Shown here in pieces: positions 31,659 to 42,734 of a stretch of DNA of 64,000 bases. A model generated the notes under the pieces. The model was not told the DNA's origin, did not search any database, and saw only the letters and a list, made by a program, of their open reading frames with translations. This DNA is from a virus (taxonomy: Duplodnaviria; Caudoviricetes), in IMG/VR virus record IMGVR_UViG_3300018494_000083; one strand, given 5' to 3'. The translations under genes were made by a program, and so were the position numbers. Position 1 is the first letter of the stretch. The number at the start of each line of letters is the position of its first letter.

Positions 31659-32728
31659 ATCCCAGCATAGTTTAACATCTGGTCAACCCACATCGAGTAG
31701 GAAGTACAATCAAATGACTCTGTCTTATTCTTGAAGTCGTTCTTAAAGACATTGTCATAGTTATACTGACACATATGACGCTTGAAGTCTTTGTGACAGA
31801 AATAATATTTAGGATCTTCCCCAAGATATATTAACCTGGAAATCATCTTGGGAATATCGTATCCCATGTTCCAGATCAGTATAAAGTCGGGACTCTTTGC
31901 ATGAAGCATACGGAATAATGCTCTCAAGAGATCCTTCTCATAGTCGTATATATTGATGATGAATTCAGGCTCATGATACTTTGCATCAAACTCAGCATGA
32001 CATTCATCAATAAACTTATCGAGATTAGCCTCGAAGTATTCCTGCTCTTTATAACGAGCATGGTTTCTTAACAGGAAAGTATATACCTGAGGATGATCAA
32101 GCTTTACTCCGAATTTATCATATGAGATAACAACTGATACTGCATTGATAGGTCCTCTGCCTTCGTCCATTTCAACAGTTGTTAAACCGTAGACATCAGA
32201 CTCGATATCAAGGAAGGCTTTAGAGACACTTAAGTTACCAATAGTGTCACCTTCAGACTCTTGGTACTTCTTGTTATTCAACAGATATGTTATCATTGCA
32301 TAGTCAGCAATGTTATAATCGGAATAATATGCATTTCTCCACTTGAATGCTTCCTTAGGTGCTTTCTCTGTTACAGGAAGATAGTCCAAGTCACGACCAT
32401 CTTCTTTAATCATATTCCTTACAAATGTGGTAATTCTGGAATATGGAACTTGATACATGTCGACATCATTAATCGGCAAGAATTTTCTTTGTGTTTTAAA
32501 AGAGCCACGTTTTTCGGGCTTCGTAATGAAAGTAGCCACCTGAGGATCTTCGATTTGTTTCAATCGTTTCTCACCAGTTCTACGATCTCTGTATACCAAA
32601 TACAGATAATCATTTGCAACCTTCTTCTTTCGACCACTTTCACTCTCTTCATAATATGGTGCAACGTACATTGCATTCAATAATAAGAGATCTTCATTAG
32701 GGTCAAGATATGGTGGTAAATGAACCAT
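31659..32728 (-). CDS. family B DNA polymerase N-terminal subunit, exon 1 (3'-5' exonuclease); spliced product 646 aa
   Basis: ExoI FLDIESD, ExoII WNMGYDIP. Confidence 0.85.
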
Positions 32729-32817
32729 ATTAAAATTCCCTCCTATATTGTGATTAATAAAAAGTTTTCAAACTTGTTAAATCATAAGCTCGTTATTTTA
32801 TGATCTATTACATAAAT

Positions 32818-32827
32818 ATAATGTATA
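32818..32827 (-). promoter_or_regulatory. early-type promoter motif TATACATTAT
   Basis: Same motif at 6450, 37131, 39520, 46191, 49233, 55192, 59213, 61688, always at the head of minus-strand units. Confidence 0.55.
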
Positions 32828-32896
32828 TTTAAATACGAAATCTAAAAACACTTAAATAACCAAGCAACTCTTGACTTATATCAAGGAGGAAATAAC

Positions 32897-34189
32897 ATGG
32901 CTAAGCCAAATAATAGCATATATGTCCCTGAAGTCGATCGCATTAAACAGGGTGTAAATAATTTCGATCCGCTGAAAGATGTAAAAGACGATGAGGGATT
33001 TGTAAAAGTCACCAGATCTAAAGCTGGTGCTGAGTCTCGTAACAGAGCAATCACTCGTGAAATCACTGAGCAGCAGGATGCACTTAAAAGACTTAAGGAA
33101 ATTGCCGATAACTACGGCATGTCTAAGAAGGACATCAAAGATACTCGTGAAGACATCGAGGAAGATGATTATAAGAAAGCCCGTAAAGAAGAGCGTAAGA
33201 GAGGAGAGCGAAATGAACTCGACTCGTATTTCTCTTCGCTGATTAATTCGGGCTCCATGCCCACAGATTTTGCTTCCTATGTACAGGATGGTGGTGAAAA
33301 GGGCGAAAAGAAAAAGAAGAAAAAGAAGAAGAAAAAGGACAAAGAGAGAGCCAAGATGGCTGGCTTGTATGTCAAAGAAAAGAAGAAAGATAAAGACGGC
33401 GAGAAAAAGAAAAAGAAGGATAAGGATGATGAGGACGCAAAGAATCGTTCTGAAGTAGCTGAGAGATTCCGTGAGGTTGAAAAGATCTCACGTAAGAACA
33501 TGGCTGAGATTGACGATACCGTTGACTTTATTAACGGACGTCTTAATGATCTCACCTCTTCTGCGGAGAGGCTCAAGAATAGAGACTATGTTATCTCGAA
33601 CTACATCAGTGCGAAATCCACCCTTATCTCTACAAGACAGAAAATCGCTACTGACATCGGCTCCAACAGAGCAAAGATCTACGAAATCGAGATGAAGAAG
33701 GAAAAGACTGCAAGAGATGCATCTGCATCCGACGCAGATATGATCGCTCGTCTGTTTCCTGGAATTGCTCTCGGTGGCGGTATGGGTAAAGATATCAATA
33801 AGTATATTGCTGAGAATGGCAAGAACAAGGATTCGAAGAAGAAGAAAAAGCATAAGTACTGGGATGAAGAAGATGATGACATTATCGACGATAAGGACCT
33901 TGACGCTCGTGAGCGTGCTCTCATGAAGTCTGGTGACTTAGAGTATTCTGACTATGACGAGAATATCGAGTATGAAGGACAATTCAAGATCGGTATTAAG
34001 AAAGCTTACACTACTGGTGAGTGGAAGTTCGTCGGTCTCGATAATGACGGCAACATTATCCCTGGTATTCCTAAGTCTCACTTTCCGTCCAAGAAGACTT
34101 GTCAGATGAAGTTCGATGATGAGAACGATGTGGCACAGGATCTTAACAGAAATGTTATCTACCCTGTAATCCAGGTTCCCACAATCTAA
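32897..34189 (+). CDS. hypothetical Lys/Asp-rich protein (late)
   Basis: AAGGAGG RBS, AACA-CTTAAA-TA at 32847, poly-Lys tracts. Confidence 0.8.
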   Translation: MAKPNNSIYVPEVDRIKQGVNNFDPLKDVKDDEGFVKVTRSKAGAESRNRAITREITEQQDALKRLKEIADNYGMSKKDIKDTREDIEEDDYKKARKEERKRGERNELDSYFSSLINSGSMPTDFASYVQDGGEKGEKKKKKKKKKKDKERAKMAGLYVKEKKKDKDGEKKKKKDKDDEDAKNRSEVAERFREVEKISRKNMAEIDDTVDFINGRLNDLTSSAERLKNRDYVISNYISAKSTLISTRQKIATDIGSNRAKIYEIEMKKEKTARDASASDADMIARLFPGIALGGGMGKDINKYIAENGKNKDSKKKKKHKYWDEEDDDIIDDKDLDARERALMKSGDLEYSDYDENIEYEGQFKIGIKKAYTTGEWKFVGLDNDGNIIPGIPKSHFPSKKTCQMKFDDENDVAQDLNRNVIYPVIQVPTI

Positions 34190-34214
34190 TACTTAAGAAA
34201 AAAAAATAAAAATA

Positions 34215-34248
34215 GGGAGAGTGCAATCAAGCACTCTCCCATCTTTTT
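34215..34248 (+). terminator. intrinsic terminator
   Basis: gggagagtgc/gcactctccc followed by T tract. Confidence 0.75.
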
Positions 34249-34419
34249 TATAGATTTTCACAGTTTCAATTGGATCGAAAATAATACCGAGATAGATTAA
34301 CCTCGGTTAGGTTTAAGAAGGTCGACAAGGTAGATAGCATCACGCTATCTACCCGTCTTTTTGGAATATTAAAGAATCACAACACATGGAGGAAACACAA
34401 ACCACCAGTTTAGCACTGG

Positions 34420-36300
34420 TTAATTTAATGTTTCTTTTTTCTCCTCTGTCATGACCTCCTGATTAATATGATGATGGCTAATAGAAACATAACCATCATC
34501 ATTCTCGAGCTTTTTACGTCTCTTAATCACAGCAAGATTATCTTCTGTGTTGACAATTCCGTCCGCATCCACGTAGGTTCTCTTATAGAAAGGATCCTTA
34601 GATTTGCGAGCGGATATAATAGCCATGTTAGTGACCATATTCTGAAGTACTTTGTATCGTCTGTGGATAACAAAGCAATTGTCTCTTATTTCGAGACCCT
34701 TCATACCATTGATTTGGTCAACGGTATGCATTCTGGCATCCTTGAGTTTTTCGATTTCAACCTTGCGGGAATCGACGGCTTTGTCTTTGAGCCGTTCCTT
34801 TAAATGACGTATATAGTCATGATACTCATCAGGATCTTGGCTTTCCTTACTAAAGAAGCCATTGCCATAGATTTTGCACTTAGGGGTTAAGAACCCTGTG
34901 AGTGCTGTGTTCTTACCGTGTGATATACCGTTAAGATCAATACGTCCCAGATGTGACGGATAAATATCACGGAATTCAGAACTGATGTTTTTACCACCAG
35001 TGATACCCTGTGCACCAAGCTGACTCATTCTCAAGCCGTTAAGCATGTCAAAGTCGTTGATCTCAGGATCATATTTGAGTAAGCTATTCTTTGCTGAAAT
35101 CATGGCACGAAATAGTTCGTCAGGATTCCAGTTAAAGATCTTCTCAATTGACTCAATCGTAATCTTCTTCTTATTCAGAAGAGTGTTTACTCTGTACGTC
35201 ATGGACTGAATGTAATAGAAGGCTGTAACCTCATTACATCTCAAACGTTTATTTCCAAAGTCGTGATTATCTTTTCTTCGGAGCTCTTGGTAGTTTCCTA
35301 TCATCCAGCGAATCAAAGAATAAGTACTCGTGAGGTTTCTCTTACCGAGTCTCAGGGTTGACTTTGTAATATCATCGAGTATACGTTCAAATGATACTAA
35401 GACATTGAGACCTTTCGAATGATGATTTTTGGTGTTGGTTGTAAAGATAGAACCAAGCTTTACTATCCAGAAATCAACATCATTAATCGCATCGAATTTA
35501 TCTCTATTACCTATCATATCATAGACCATATATGCGAAGGTTCTTACAAACTCACTCTCCATGAAGGCACGGCGATCAACTTCGACAAGCACCTCTTTGT
35601 TTGCCCTGAAATAACAGTTAATTTCTCTGTCATATTCAGTATCGACTACATCAATTAAGTCCTTTAACCCGAAGTACTTAATCGTTGGTTTGACACCGAA
35701 CTTTGCAAAGAAATAATACAAAGGATTAATCTCTTTCGTGAAAAGATTCAAGACAAAGGTTTTGATAGATGTTCGAAGCTCATCTGTAGACTCGAACGGG
35801 AGCTTTACGGGCTCTCGGTACAGGTCGATAGGTGTGAGCGTAGTCTTCAGCTTAACAGATCGTTTCTGTGTGTATGTAGACATATCCACGATCTGTTTTT
35901 GAGGAAGAACAAGTTTACCATTGATGAGGAAATGATACTGGTCAATGTAGCTTGGGATTAACAAACTCTTAGACACATATCGTGTTTCTCCATCGTAATC
36001 AATTCTAAACTTAAGGTTCAGCATCTCCTGTGCGGTATCTCGGATAGATACAATTCGGGAAATGTCTTTATCCTTGAGAATAGCTTTTGACTTGATATGC
36101 TTCCTATTTAGTTTAACATCAATCTTACTTGCGTCAGTAATGTGTTCCCAACCTGTAAAAGTGATGTAAGGAAGTGATTCGATAACTTTCAATCCTGAGA
36201 CTATAAACTCAGCAATCGATTGTTCCTTAGTTCTATCAAACAGACTAGAATTGACATCTTTTGTTTGATTCTTTGAAAATTCTGCAATAAAGTCATTCAT
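34420..36300 (-). CDS. multisubunit RNA polymerase beta subunit, N-terminal part (probably non-virion RNAP)
   Basis: FLING...Q, DNHDFGNKRLR (RpoB DIDHLGNRRIR), RDIYPSHLGRID (RDVHPTHYGRVC). Confidence 0.85.
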   Translation of the reverse strand: MNDFIAEFSKNQTKDVNSSLFDRTKEQSIAEFIVSGLKVIESLPYITFTGWEHITDASKIDVKLNRKHIKSKAILKDKDISRIVSIRDTAQEMLNLKFRIDYDGETRYVSKSLLIPSYIDQYHFLINGKLVLPQKQIVDMSTYTQKRSVKLKTTLTPIDLYREPVKLPFESTDELRTSIKTFVLNLFTKEINPLYYFFAKFGVKPTIKYFGLKDLIDVVDTEYDREINCYFRANKEVLVEVDRRAFMESEFVRTFAYMVYDMIGNRDKFDAINDVDFWIVKLGSIFTTNTKNHHSKGLNVLVSFERILDDITKSTLRLGKRNLTSTYSLIRWMIGNYQELRRKDNHDFGNKRLRCNEVTAFYYIQSMTYRVNTLLNKKKITIESIEKIFNWNPDELFRAMISAKNSLLKYDPEINDFDMLNGLRMSQLGAQGITGGKNISSEFRDIYPSHLGRIDLNGISHGKNTALTGFLTPKCKIYGNGFFSKESQDPDEYHDYIRHLKERLKDKAVDSRKVEIEKLKDARMHTVDQINGMKGLEIRDNCFVIHRRYKVLQNMVTNMAIISARKSKDPFYKRTYVDADGIVNTEDNLAVIKRRKKLENDDGYVSISHHHINQEVMTEEKKETLN

Positions 36301-36378
36301 AGTCTATCCTCCAGATAAATAAAGAAATTAGGTCTCACGGTGTTACCCGTGAGACCATATGTGGCTCTATTATCTGGA

Positions 36379-37071
36379 TTACGCGTTAGCCATTCTTTCG
36401 GCAAGCATATCAGACTTACAGTTACCCTTGAATCCCTTGTCAAAGGTCATGGTTACGGAATAACCAGACTTAGAAGGAGATACCTTGAACTTACCGAAAC
36501 CAGGTACTTCGTACTCGATATCGGAAGAGGAATCCTTGTAGTTGCAAAGGATGTTGATGATTGCAAGGAATACAGCTGCAGCAGATACTGCGATATCAGA
36601 TTCCTCGTCAAAGGTAAGACCACGAGCAGATGCAGACTCAGGACGATTGGTATCATCGATCCATTCGCCGTTGTTGTAGATCTTGCTCATGAATGCATTT
36701 CTGAAGCACTTGATGAGCTTCTCGTTCTTGATCATCTCAAGAGCCATGGAATCCATAGCATCGGAATCGAACTCGACAGAGTCAGAGTCAACAAGTTCCT
36801 GACCTACAGGACCAAGCTCGAAAGAAGGAACGAATGCAGCAGAGTCACCCTTCTTAACAGCGGTGAGCTTGAAGTTCATTACAACGCCGGACTTATTCTT
36901 GATGTCAAGAGATACTTCCTCGGAGTTGTTCTCATACATCTCGCTCTGAAGATAGCTAGCTACCGCAGTGGGTACGCCAGATACTACGAAAGAGCAGAGC
37001 TGAGGATAGGACTTGAATTCGAAAAAGAGACCGTTAAGGTAATTCTCAACAAATTCAGTAAAAGTTTTCAT
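36379..37071 (-). CDS. hypothetical protein with possible HU/IHF-like C-terminal segment
   Basis: GGAGG RBS, own promoter motif and terminator (36331-36356), VPGFGKFKV motif. Confidence 0.6.
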   Translation of the reverse strand: MKTFTEFVENYLNGLFFEFKSYPQLCSFVVSGVPTAVASYLQSEMYENNSEEVSLDIKNKSGVVMNFKLTAVKKGDSAAFVPSFELGPVGQELVDSDSVEFDSDAMDSMALEMIKNEKLIKCFRNAFMSKIYNNGEWIDDTNRPESASARGLTFDEESDIAVSAAAVFLAIINILCNYKDSSSDIEYEVPGFGKFKVSPSKSGYSVTMTFDKGFKGNCKSDMLAERMANA

Positions 37072-37299
37072 GATAGTTCCTCCAAATAATTGGTTTATTA
37101 GAATAGGTTTAACACCCGTTCTTCAAGTTAATATTGTATAAACCAATATACCCTTGAATATCGGGTATTGAAGTGTTTTCAATCTTGTATAAAAATACAA
37201 GTCTGTAATAAAGGTTTGATAAAATTGTGAGCCACCCTGACAAGATGCCATAAGCCCTTGCCTCCGTAGTTCCCACAACCCCGTTATATCCAACCTCTA

Positions 37300-39495
37300 T
37301 TATTTTCCACAATGAGCAATGAATTCTTTCCTTGTCATTATTGGTCGATTGTGTGCCATTGCAAACTTTGCTTTAGACGCACTCATCATCGTTTCATCTC
37401 TGATTACAAGAATATCGTATTTCGAGCCAGATTCCTTTACGGCATATCCAGCTTTATTAGCGATATCAATTAGCTCTTCATCGTTTCTCATTCCTGAGAC
37501 GAGAATCGATTTATCGAGACTATCTTTTGAGACTTCATCCTTTATCGGGATCAACTTCAAGAGTCTCTTCAATTCCTCACATTTTGAGATCAGACCATCT
37601 GCAATCTTCGTAGCGTTCTCATCGATACCATCAGCTGTTTTTATTGCAGATACCAGCATACGGCGGTCACCTGCTTCGCAAAGCGATATTAACTTATCGA
37701 CACATACGGTGTCCAATAATTTGGATGCTGTACTGGTTCTCAGAGTATCTATTCCGAGTGCAGAAATAATCGATGCTACAGATCGAGGTTTGTTGAGAAT
37801 GTCAGCAATAGTTTTCATACATTGCTGAGCAGCTCCTTCTTTGAATCCTTCCAATTTCATAAAGTCTTTTGCTTTCATTTGAAGAACTTGTGATGGAAGT
37901 GTTACACCAAGTTCAGAATGCAATTGTTCACATGTCCTCGGTCCAATACCCTTTGCATTCAACGACACAAAGAAGGTGACTAGTGAACCGCTTACTCGAT
38001 ATGGACAATTTGGATCGGAACATCTATACTTGTTCTTCTCCTCAACGAGTTTCGCACCACACTCACAATGGGTTGGGAATTTAATCTTTTCACCCGTACC
38101 GGCTTTGCAAGTATCATCCTTATATCCATAGGGAATTACATCCCCACTTAACTTAAGAATTATCTCGTCGCCGATACGAAGATTCATTTCCTTGAACCTG
38201 TTTAGTGAATGCACTTGTGCTTTGCCTTGAGATGTACCATTAAGAATTACCGGATCTACTTTAAGTAGCATTTCCTTAAACCCAAAGTTACCCGTGGTAA
38301 TAATGACGTCTCTTACGATAGTCTTACCACTTTCCTCAGGGAATTTGAATGCTATCTGATATTGGTTGATATTGTTTTTACGACCAAGCTTTCGCTGAAG
38401 ATCTCGGTCAACAATAGTTAAAACCATACCGTCAATAGCATGATTAAGTGATGCTCTTGTTTTAATCCATTCATTAGATAGCTTCTCAAACTTTTGTAAA
38501 ATCTCTTTCTTAGTTCCTTTAATGATCTCATAATCCATATCGATGTCACCATAAATAAATGTATCATTCACGGCTTTATACATCTTAGACCACTTGATCT
38601 TATAGAACGATTTATCCTCGAGATATTCATCGAGAATATCAAATCCTACAGGTACCAAAGAAATAAATTTTCTGAGCTGTTTGGCTTCCTTGCTTTTGGC
38701 AAAGATGATTCGCCTTAATAGACCCGCAACAGCGGATCTATTGTTAGCGAACGTTTGGTTTGTGAATTCCTCGAATCCAGCTTTCTGGGCATCAGATACC
38801 AGCATCTCATATTGGACGCCGATATATTTTGGTGCATATCCGAGTACCTCTTTAATTCTGTTTGACGGGAAGCTTACATTATCGGGAATTACTGCACTGA
38901 CATCTGTTCCTTCGCCATAATCTTTCTTACCGCGTGATATTGCAGACATAGGTACATATCGTCCCTGAATAAGCTTATAGTCAAATGTGACTGAGGTTCC
39001 ATCTTTTTTCTGGTTGACAAGCACTACTATCTCTTCATCTTTTCCAACGGGGATTCCCTTAATGTAATCCTCTAAAGACTCACGAGTTTCGAACTTGTCT
39101 TTTTTATCATTGTAGATAAAATGAACTTTGTCCAGCGTTCCAGAAAGCACATCGTATTTGTACCGAGCATTAGCTAACCCAGTACCGTTATCACCGAATG
39201 GCTCAGGTCGGAACTTCTTGAACTTTGAAAGCATCTTATCATACAATTCGTCAGAGAAAGGATCGGAATATTTGTCTGACTCATATACCGTTTTAGCACA
39301 AACGATAATCGTTGTCAGCAAATCAAGGACTCTATCAGACACTTCTGATTTGTCCATTCTTATGAATTTATCGATGAATTTCTTCACAGAACTATCTTGT
39401 AACCAGATTGCCAAAAATACAATCCTTTTGGTTTGCTCATGTTCATTCATCCTTTGGACGGCATATGTTACTCTCTCGAGTAATTTATCATTCAT
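37300..39495 (-). CDS. ligA: NAD-dependent DNA ligase
   Basis: KKDG adenylation motif, NNRSAVAG, IDGMV, IAFKF, GDVIP, Zn finger PTHCECG..C...CP, HhH, BRCT-like end. Confidence 0.92.
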   Translation of the reverse strand: MNDKLLERVTYAVQRMNEHEQTKRIVFLAIWLQDSSVKKFIDKFIRMDKSEVSDRVLDLLTTIIVCAKTVYESDKYSDPFSDELYDKMLSKFKKFRPEPFGDNGTGLANARYKYDVLSGTLDKVHFIYNDKKDKFETRESLEDYIKGIPVGKDEEIVVLVNQKKDGTSVTFDYKLIQGRYVPMSAISRGKKDYGEGTDVSAVIPDNVSFPSNRIKEVLGYAPKYIGVQYEMLVSDAQKAGFEEFTNQTFANNRSAVAGLLRRIIFAKSKEAKQLRKFISLVPVGFDILDEYLEDKSFYKIKWSKMYKAVNDTFIYGDIDMDYEIIKGTKKEILQKFEKLSNEWIKTRASLNHAIDGMVLTIVDRDLQRKLGRKNNINQYQIAFKFPEESGKTIVRDVIITTGNFGFKEMLLKVDPVILNGTSQGKAQVHSLNRFKEMNLRIGDEIILKLSGDVIPYGYKDDTCKAGTGEKIKFPTHCECGAKLVEEKNKYRCSDPNCPYRVSGSLVTFFVSLNAKGIGPRTCEQLHSELGVTLPSQVLQMKAKDFMKLEGFKEGAAQQCMKTIADILNKPRSVASIISALGIDTLRTSTASKLLDTVCVDKLISLCEAGDRRMLVSAIKTADGIDENATKIADGLISKCEELKRLLKLIPIKDEVSKDSLDKSILVSGMRNDEELIDIANKAGYAVKESGSKYDILVIRDETMMSASKAKFAMAHNRPIMTRKEFIAHCGK

Positions 39496-39568
39496 TCTTC
39501 TCACCTTCCTTTCACGAATATGATGTATATTTATAGACTATTTTTGATTCCATTTTACATACCTCGGA

Positions 39569-39868
39569 TTATAACATCTTCTTTATGTAATCTGGTATCG
39601 TGGGTATATCACAATCTGCTTTGATATTCTTTTTGGAATTCTTGTCATATGTGATATTAAGTTTATAGCCCATAGTTTTGAGATATGTATTAAGCATATC
39701 TACTGCCCTCGATTTCTCGGAAGGCATATTGATAATAAATCCATCAGTAGGATCATCTTCAAACAAATCACTTGCTCGTCTTCCTTCAGTGGAAGATGCA
39801 TGAGATCTGAGAAAATAGTCCAACGCGTCATAGTCGGCTGACAGCATCAAGATATTCAATTCCTGTTC
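39569..39868 (-). CDS. RNA polymerase beta C-terminal subunit, exon 3
   Basis: Begins EQELNIL, completing an RFGEME-like motif after splicing. Confidence 0.85.
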   Translation of the reverse strand, partial: EQELNILMLSADYDALDYFLRSHASSTEGRRASDLFEDDPTDGFIINMPSEKSRAVDMLNTYLKTMGYKLNITYDKNSKKNIKADCDIPTIPDYIKKML

Positions 39869-40132
39869 CAGTATCTTCATGTAGGTCGTTAATCTACATC
39901 GTCATTTAGACTGCTCTAGGTCGCCCTAGAAGTTGAGACTATATCTTCACTTTATAAGTGTCTACCATTTCCATTTAAGGGATTCTCACCCACTCACTTG
40001 AGCCGTACTCCTGTTGCTCTATTTACGATCGCCGAGCCTAGGGATAGTCGTTGAACGTTACTCTTTCGAGTCTTCGCTGCTGATTGTCTGCTAGAGACTT
40101 CCCAGCAATTAGATAGATAAGGGCTAATGTTA
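39869..40132 (-). mobile_element. group I intron (264 nt, no ORF), second intron of RNAP beta-C gene
   Basis: P1 GGGU/GCCC; core gttcaacgacta and aagatatagtc; terminal G before GAA CAG. Confidence 0.88.
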
Positions 40133-40144
40133 ACCCAAGCGATT
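40133..40144 (-). CDS. 12-nt micro-exon (Asn-Arg-Leu-Gly) of RNAP beta-C gene
   Basis: AAT CGC TTG GGT between two intron cores; yields PDQC-NRLG-EQELN. Confidence 0.82.
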
Positions 40145-40428
40145 CATTATGTTCACACAGGTCGTTAATCTGCGCAGTTCTCTTACGAACTTCTCTATAT
40201 TGCTATAGATGTTCAGACTATATCACCACCCGTTCTGGGTGCATACCATTTCGAATTAAGGGAATTTCACCCGCTCACTTGAGCCCTACTCCTATTGGTT
40301 ATTTCAAACCCGAGGGATAGTCGTTGAACGTTCTCCTTACGGAGCTTCGCTGCTGATTAGGTCTATGACCCTTCCAGCAATTAAATATGTTTGCTACTAG
40401 CTATTCCTAACTAGAGGTGCAATTGCTT
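40145..40428 (-). mobile_element. group I intron (284 nt, no ORF), first intron of RNAP beta-C gene
   Basis: P1 GUGU/GCAC; core gttcaacgacta and gatatagtc; 3' end tgaacataatG. Confidence 0.88.
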
Positions 40429-42174
40429 ACACTGATCAGGGTATGGAATTTTATGTCTTGCTGCCTTGGTGGATTTAATAGGCATTGAGGTTCGAGGATT
40501 GTTCATTGACTTAGAACGTACAGAGAACTTAGTAACAGGTTCCTGTTTAAGTCTCATAATATATTCGTCAGCCACAATTACTTTCTTGATCGTCTTATGT
40601 CGTTCACCATCCTCGTTAGTGTACGTCATATAGGTACGTTCAGGATTAAACTTATCATAGAGCTTGACCATAGTATCGCCATTTACGCAGTACATCGGAG
40701 ACTGGATGATATAGATTCGTCCATCTTCTATCTTCTTCATAAAGTCGATTACTTCATCATTACTCTTGTATGCGAGGTACTCTCTCATGGATGCGGCTTG
40801 TTCAGGGGCAGCAATATCCAAGAAGGAATAGAGATACTTAAACTTTTCGGAAAGAGAATCCATACGAGAGATTCTATCCCTTACAGTTTCAGCAATCCAG
40901 TTCAATTCCATCTCATAAAGCTGACCACTGTTAAGACGACCAAGAACGCCAAGTGCATCGATTCGGATATCAGGCACTACACCATCTTCAGTGCATCCCA
41001 TTTCCTCATCAGAAATGACGTTACTTAATACGGATTTATTACCGTATCTACCTGCAATCTTACATCCTCTACGGAGCTTCTCTATTTTATACATAGTGAA
41101 TTCCATCTGGATATTGGAGAAGATTTTGTCTTCATCTGCATACTTACAAGTAGGGTCGAGGTAGTCTTTTGCCTTCGAATACAGTCTGGAAAGTTCCTCG
41201 GTGTATTTAGAATCTGAATTGATTATCTTCTGGAACTCTTCATAGATTTCCGTATAATACTCAATCAGTCGTCTCATGTAACGCTTTACCTGTGCATATG
41301 CGGGAAGATCAGGTATGTCATCAATCGATTTGTTTGACCAAATATCGATATCTGCGATTACGAAGTTATCAGACATTTGGTATACATCATCGGATGGGAA
41401 AATCTTTCGCAGATTAGAATTCTTCAGATTGAACTGGTCCATTGCCTTGTTCTTTCTTCGAACTGCACAGATTACTGCCTTTTTGGTTTTCTCACCAATG
41501 TCAGGGAACGACTTATAAGTCTCGCTATTACCGTAGATATTCAGAGGAATATCATTATCGTTGATCGGTACATCGCAAGTATCTACATATGTCGTTGCCA
41601 TCTTCTTGGCGAAGCTTTCGGATACAACAACTGCATCCTCAATGGTTTCCTGTGATATCACGTAAACTACCTTGGCATTGACACCATATCGGTAGTTCTG
41701 GTACTCGTCAAAAGACGGTGACATATACATGACTGTGTCTTTTGGAACTGTGTCACCAACTGAATATGAGTCGATAACTTCATTGTTCCATTTATACCCA
41801 TACATCTCGGACAAGTTTCTCACTTCCTGTCTCTGAAGAATTCCGTATTCGTCTTTCTTCGGGTCATAGGTAATGAGAGTATACGAGAATCCAGGGTACT
41901 TCTCAATCTTCTTCACGATCTTGATTTTACTATCTGTCTTCTTATATCCCGTGGAATACTGACCGAACATATGTTCATAGCCGGTAAGCACACCAGGGAT
42001 TTCGGCATGGATAGGAACCAAGCATTGCATCAAGTGAGAACTCAGCATTGTAGCTCTTGCACTTGATGAGTATGAAGAGAGAGATAATAAGCCTATAGAC
42101 AAGGCATCGTCGAGAGAGTCAAGTTCATTTGCTCGATCTCGTATTTCTTGCTCGAAGTAAGCTTTGTTACTCAT
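40429..42174 (-). CDS. RNA polymerase beta C-terminal subunit, exon 1 (spliced product 685 aa)
   Basis: SARATMLSSHLMQ, EDAVVVS, GCKIAGRYGNKSV, GVLGRLNSGQLYE, YIMRLKQ. Confidence 0.9.
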
Positions 42175-42260
42175 TCAAACACTCTCCCTTTGCATTATTA
42201 ATATTGGTTGAGACGAAAGATGGATAGGCAGGTTAATGCCTATCCATTTGCTTGGTTTAA

Positions 42261-42734
42261 TTAAAAGTCATCGTCAAGGAAGTCGTCGAGTGTATCATTC
42301 TTAGAACGATCATCGTCGTCGTCATCAAGAGTTTCCTTAGTACCAAGATACTGCTGATAATAAGGAAGCATGAGATTGTATAATGTTACGATCAACATCG
42401 GGTTCTCAAATGCCACCTCACAGAAAGTCTTCTTAGAGAAAGGACAATCCTCATGACCAGGAATAACAAACTTGTTACCCTGCTTCTTAACGATATTAGC
42501 GTTGATTGCATTATGGAGAAGAGTCAGAGACTGACTGAATCCATTCTGCTTATCGAAGATCAGTTCGATATCTACATTGGATGCGTTGGTTCTTGACTTG
42601 TAGTATACAGCACTAATGATATTACCATTAATACCATATTCCTTGTCAGGCTTAAGCATTCCCTTATTCTTCAAACGAAGAGTGTTATTGGAAAGGTATA
42701 AGAATGCTCTACCACCGCTAAGTGATTCGTTTTC
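42261..42734 (-). CDS. recA: RecA/UvsX-like recombinase, exon 2
   Basis: ENESLSGGRAFLY corresponds to RecA ETTTGGNALKFY. Confidence 0.85.
   Translation of the reverse strand, partial: ENESLSGGRAFLYLSNNTLRLKNKGMLKPDKEYGINGNIISAVYYKSRTNASNVDIELIFDKQNGFSQSLTLLHNAINANIVKKQGNKFVIPGHEDCPFSKKTFCEVAFENPMLIVTLYNLMLPYYQQYLGTKETLDDDDDDRSKNDTLDDFLDDDF

Noticed and set aside
34250-34420. Several hairpins between convergent genes as a possible small RNA
   Set aside because: Adequately explained as terminators of the two convergent transcripts
37109-37312. 67-aa ORF downstream of ligA
   Set aside because: Overlaps the ligase end and the promoter motif of the next gene, with no clear RBS; cannot be supported
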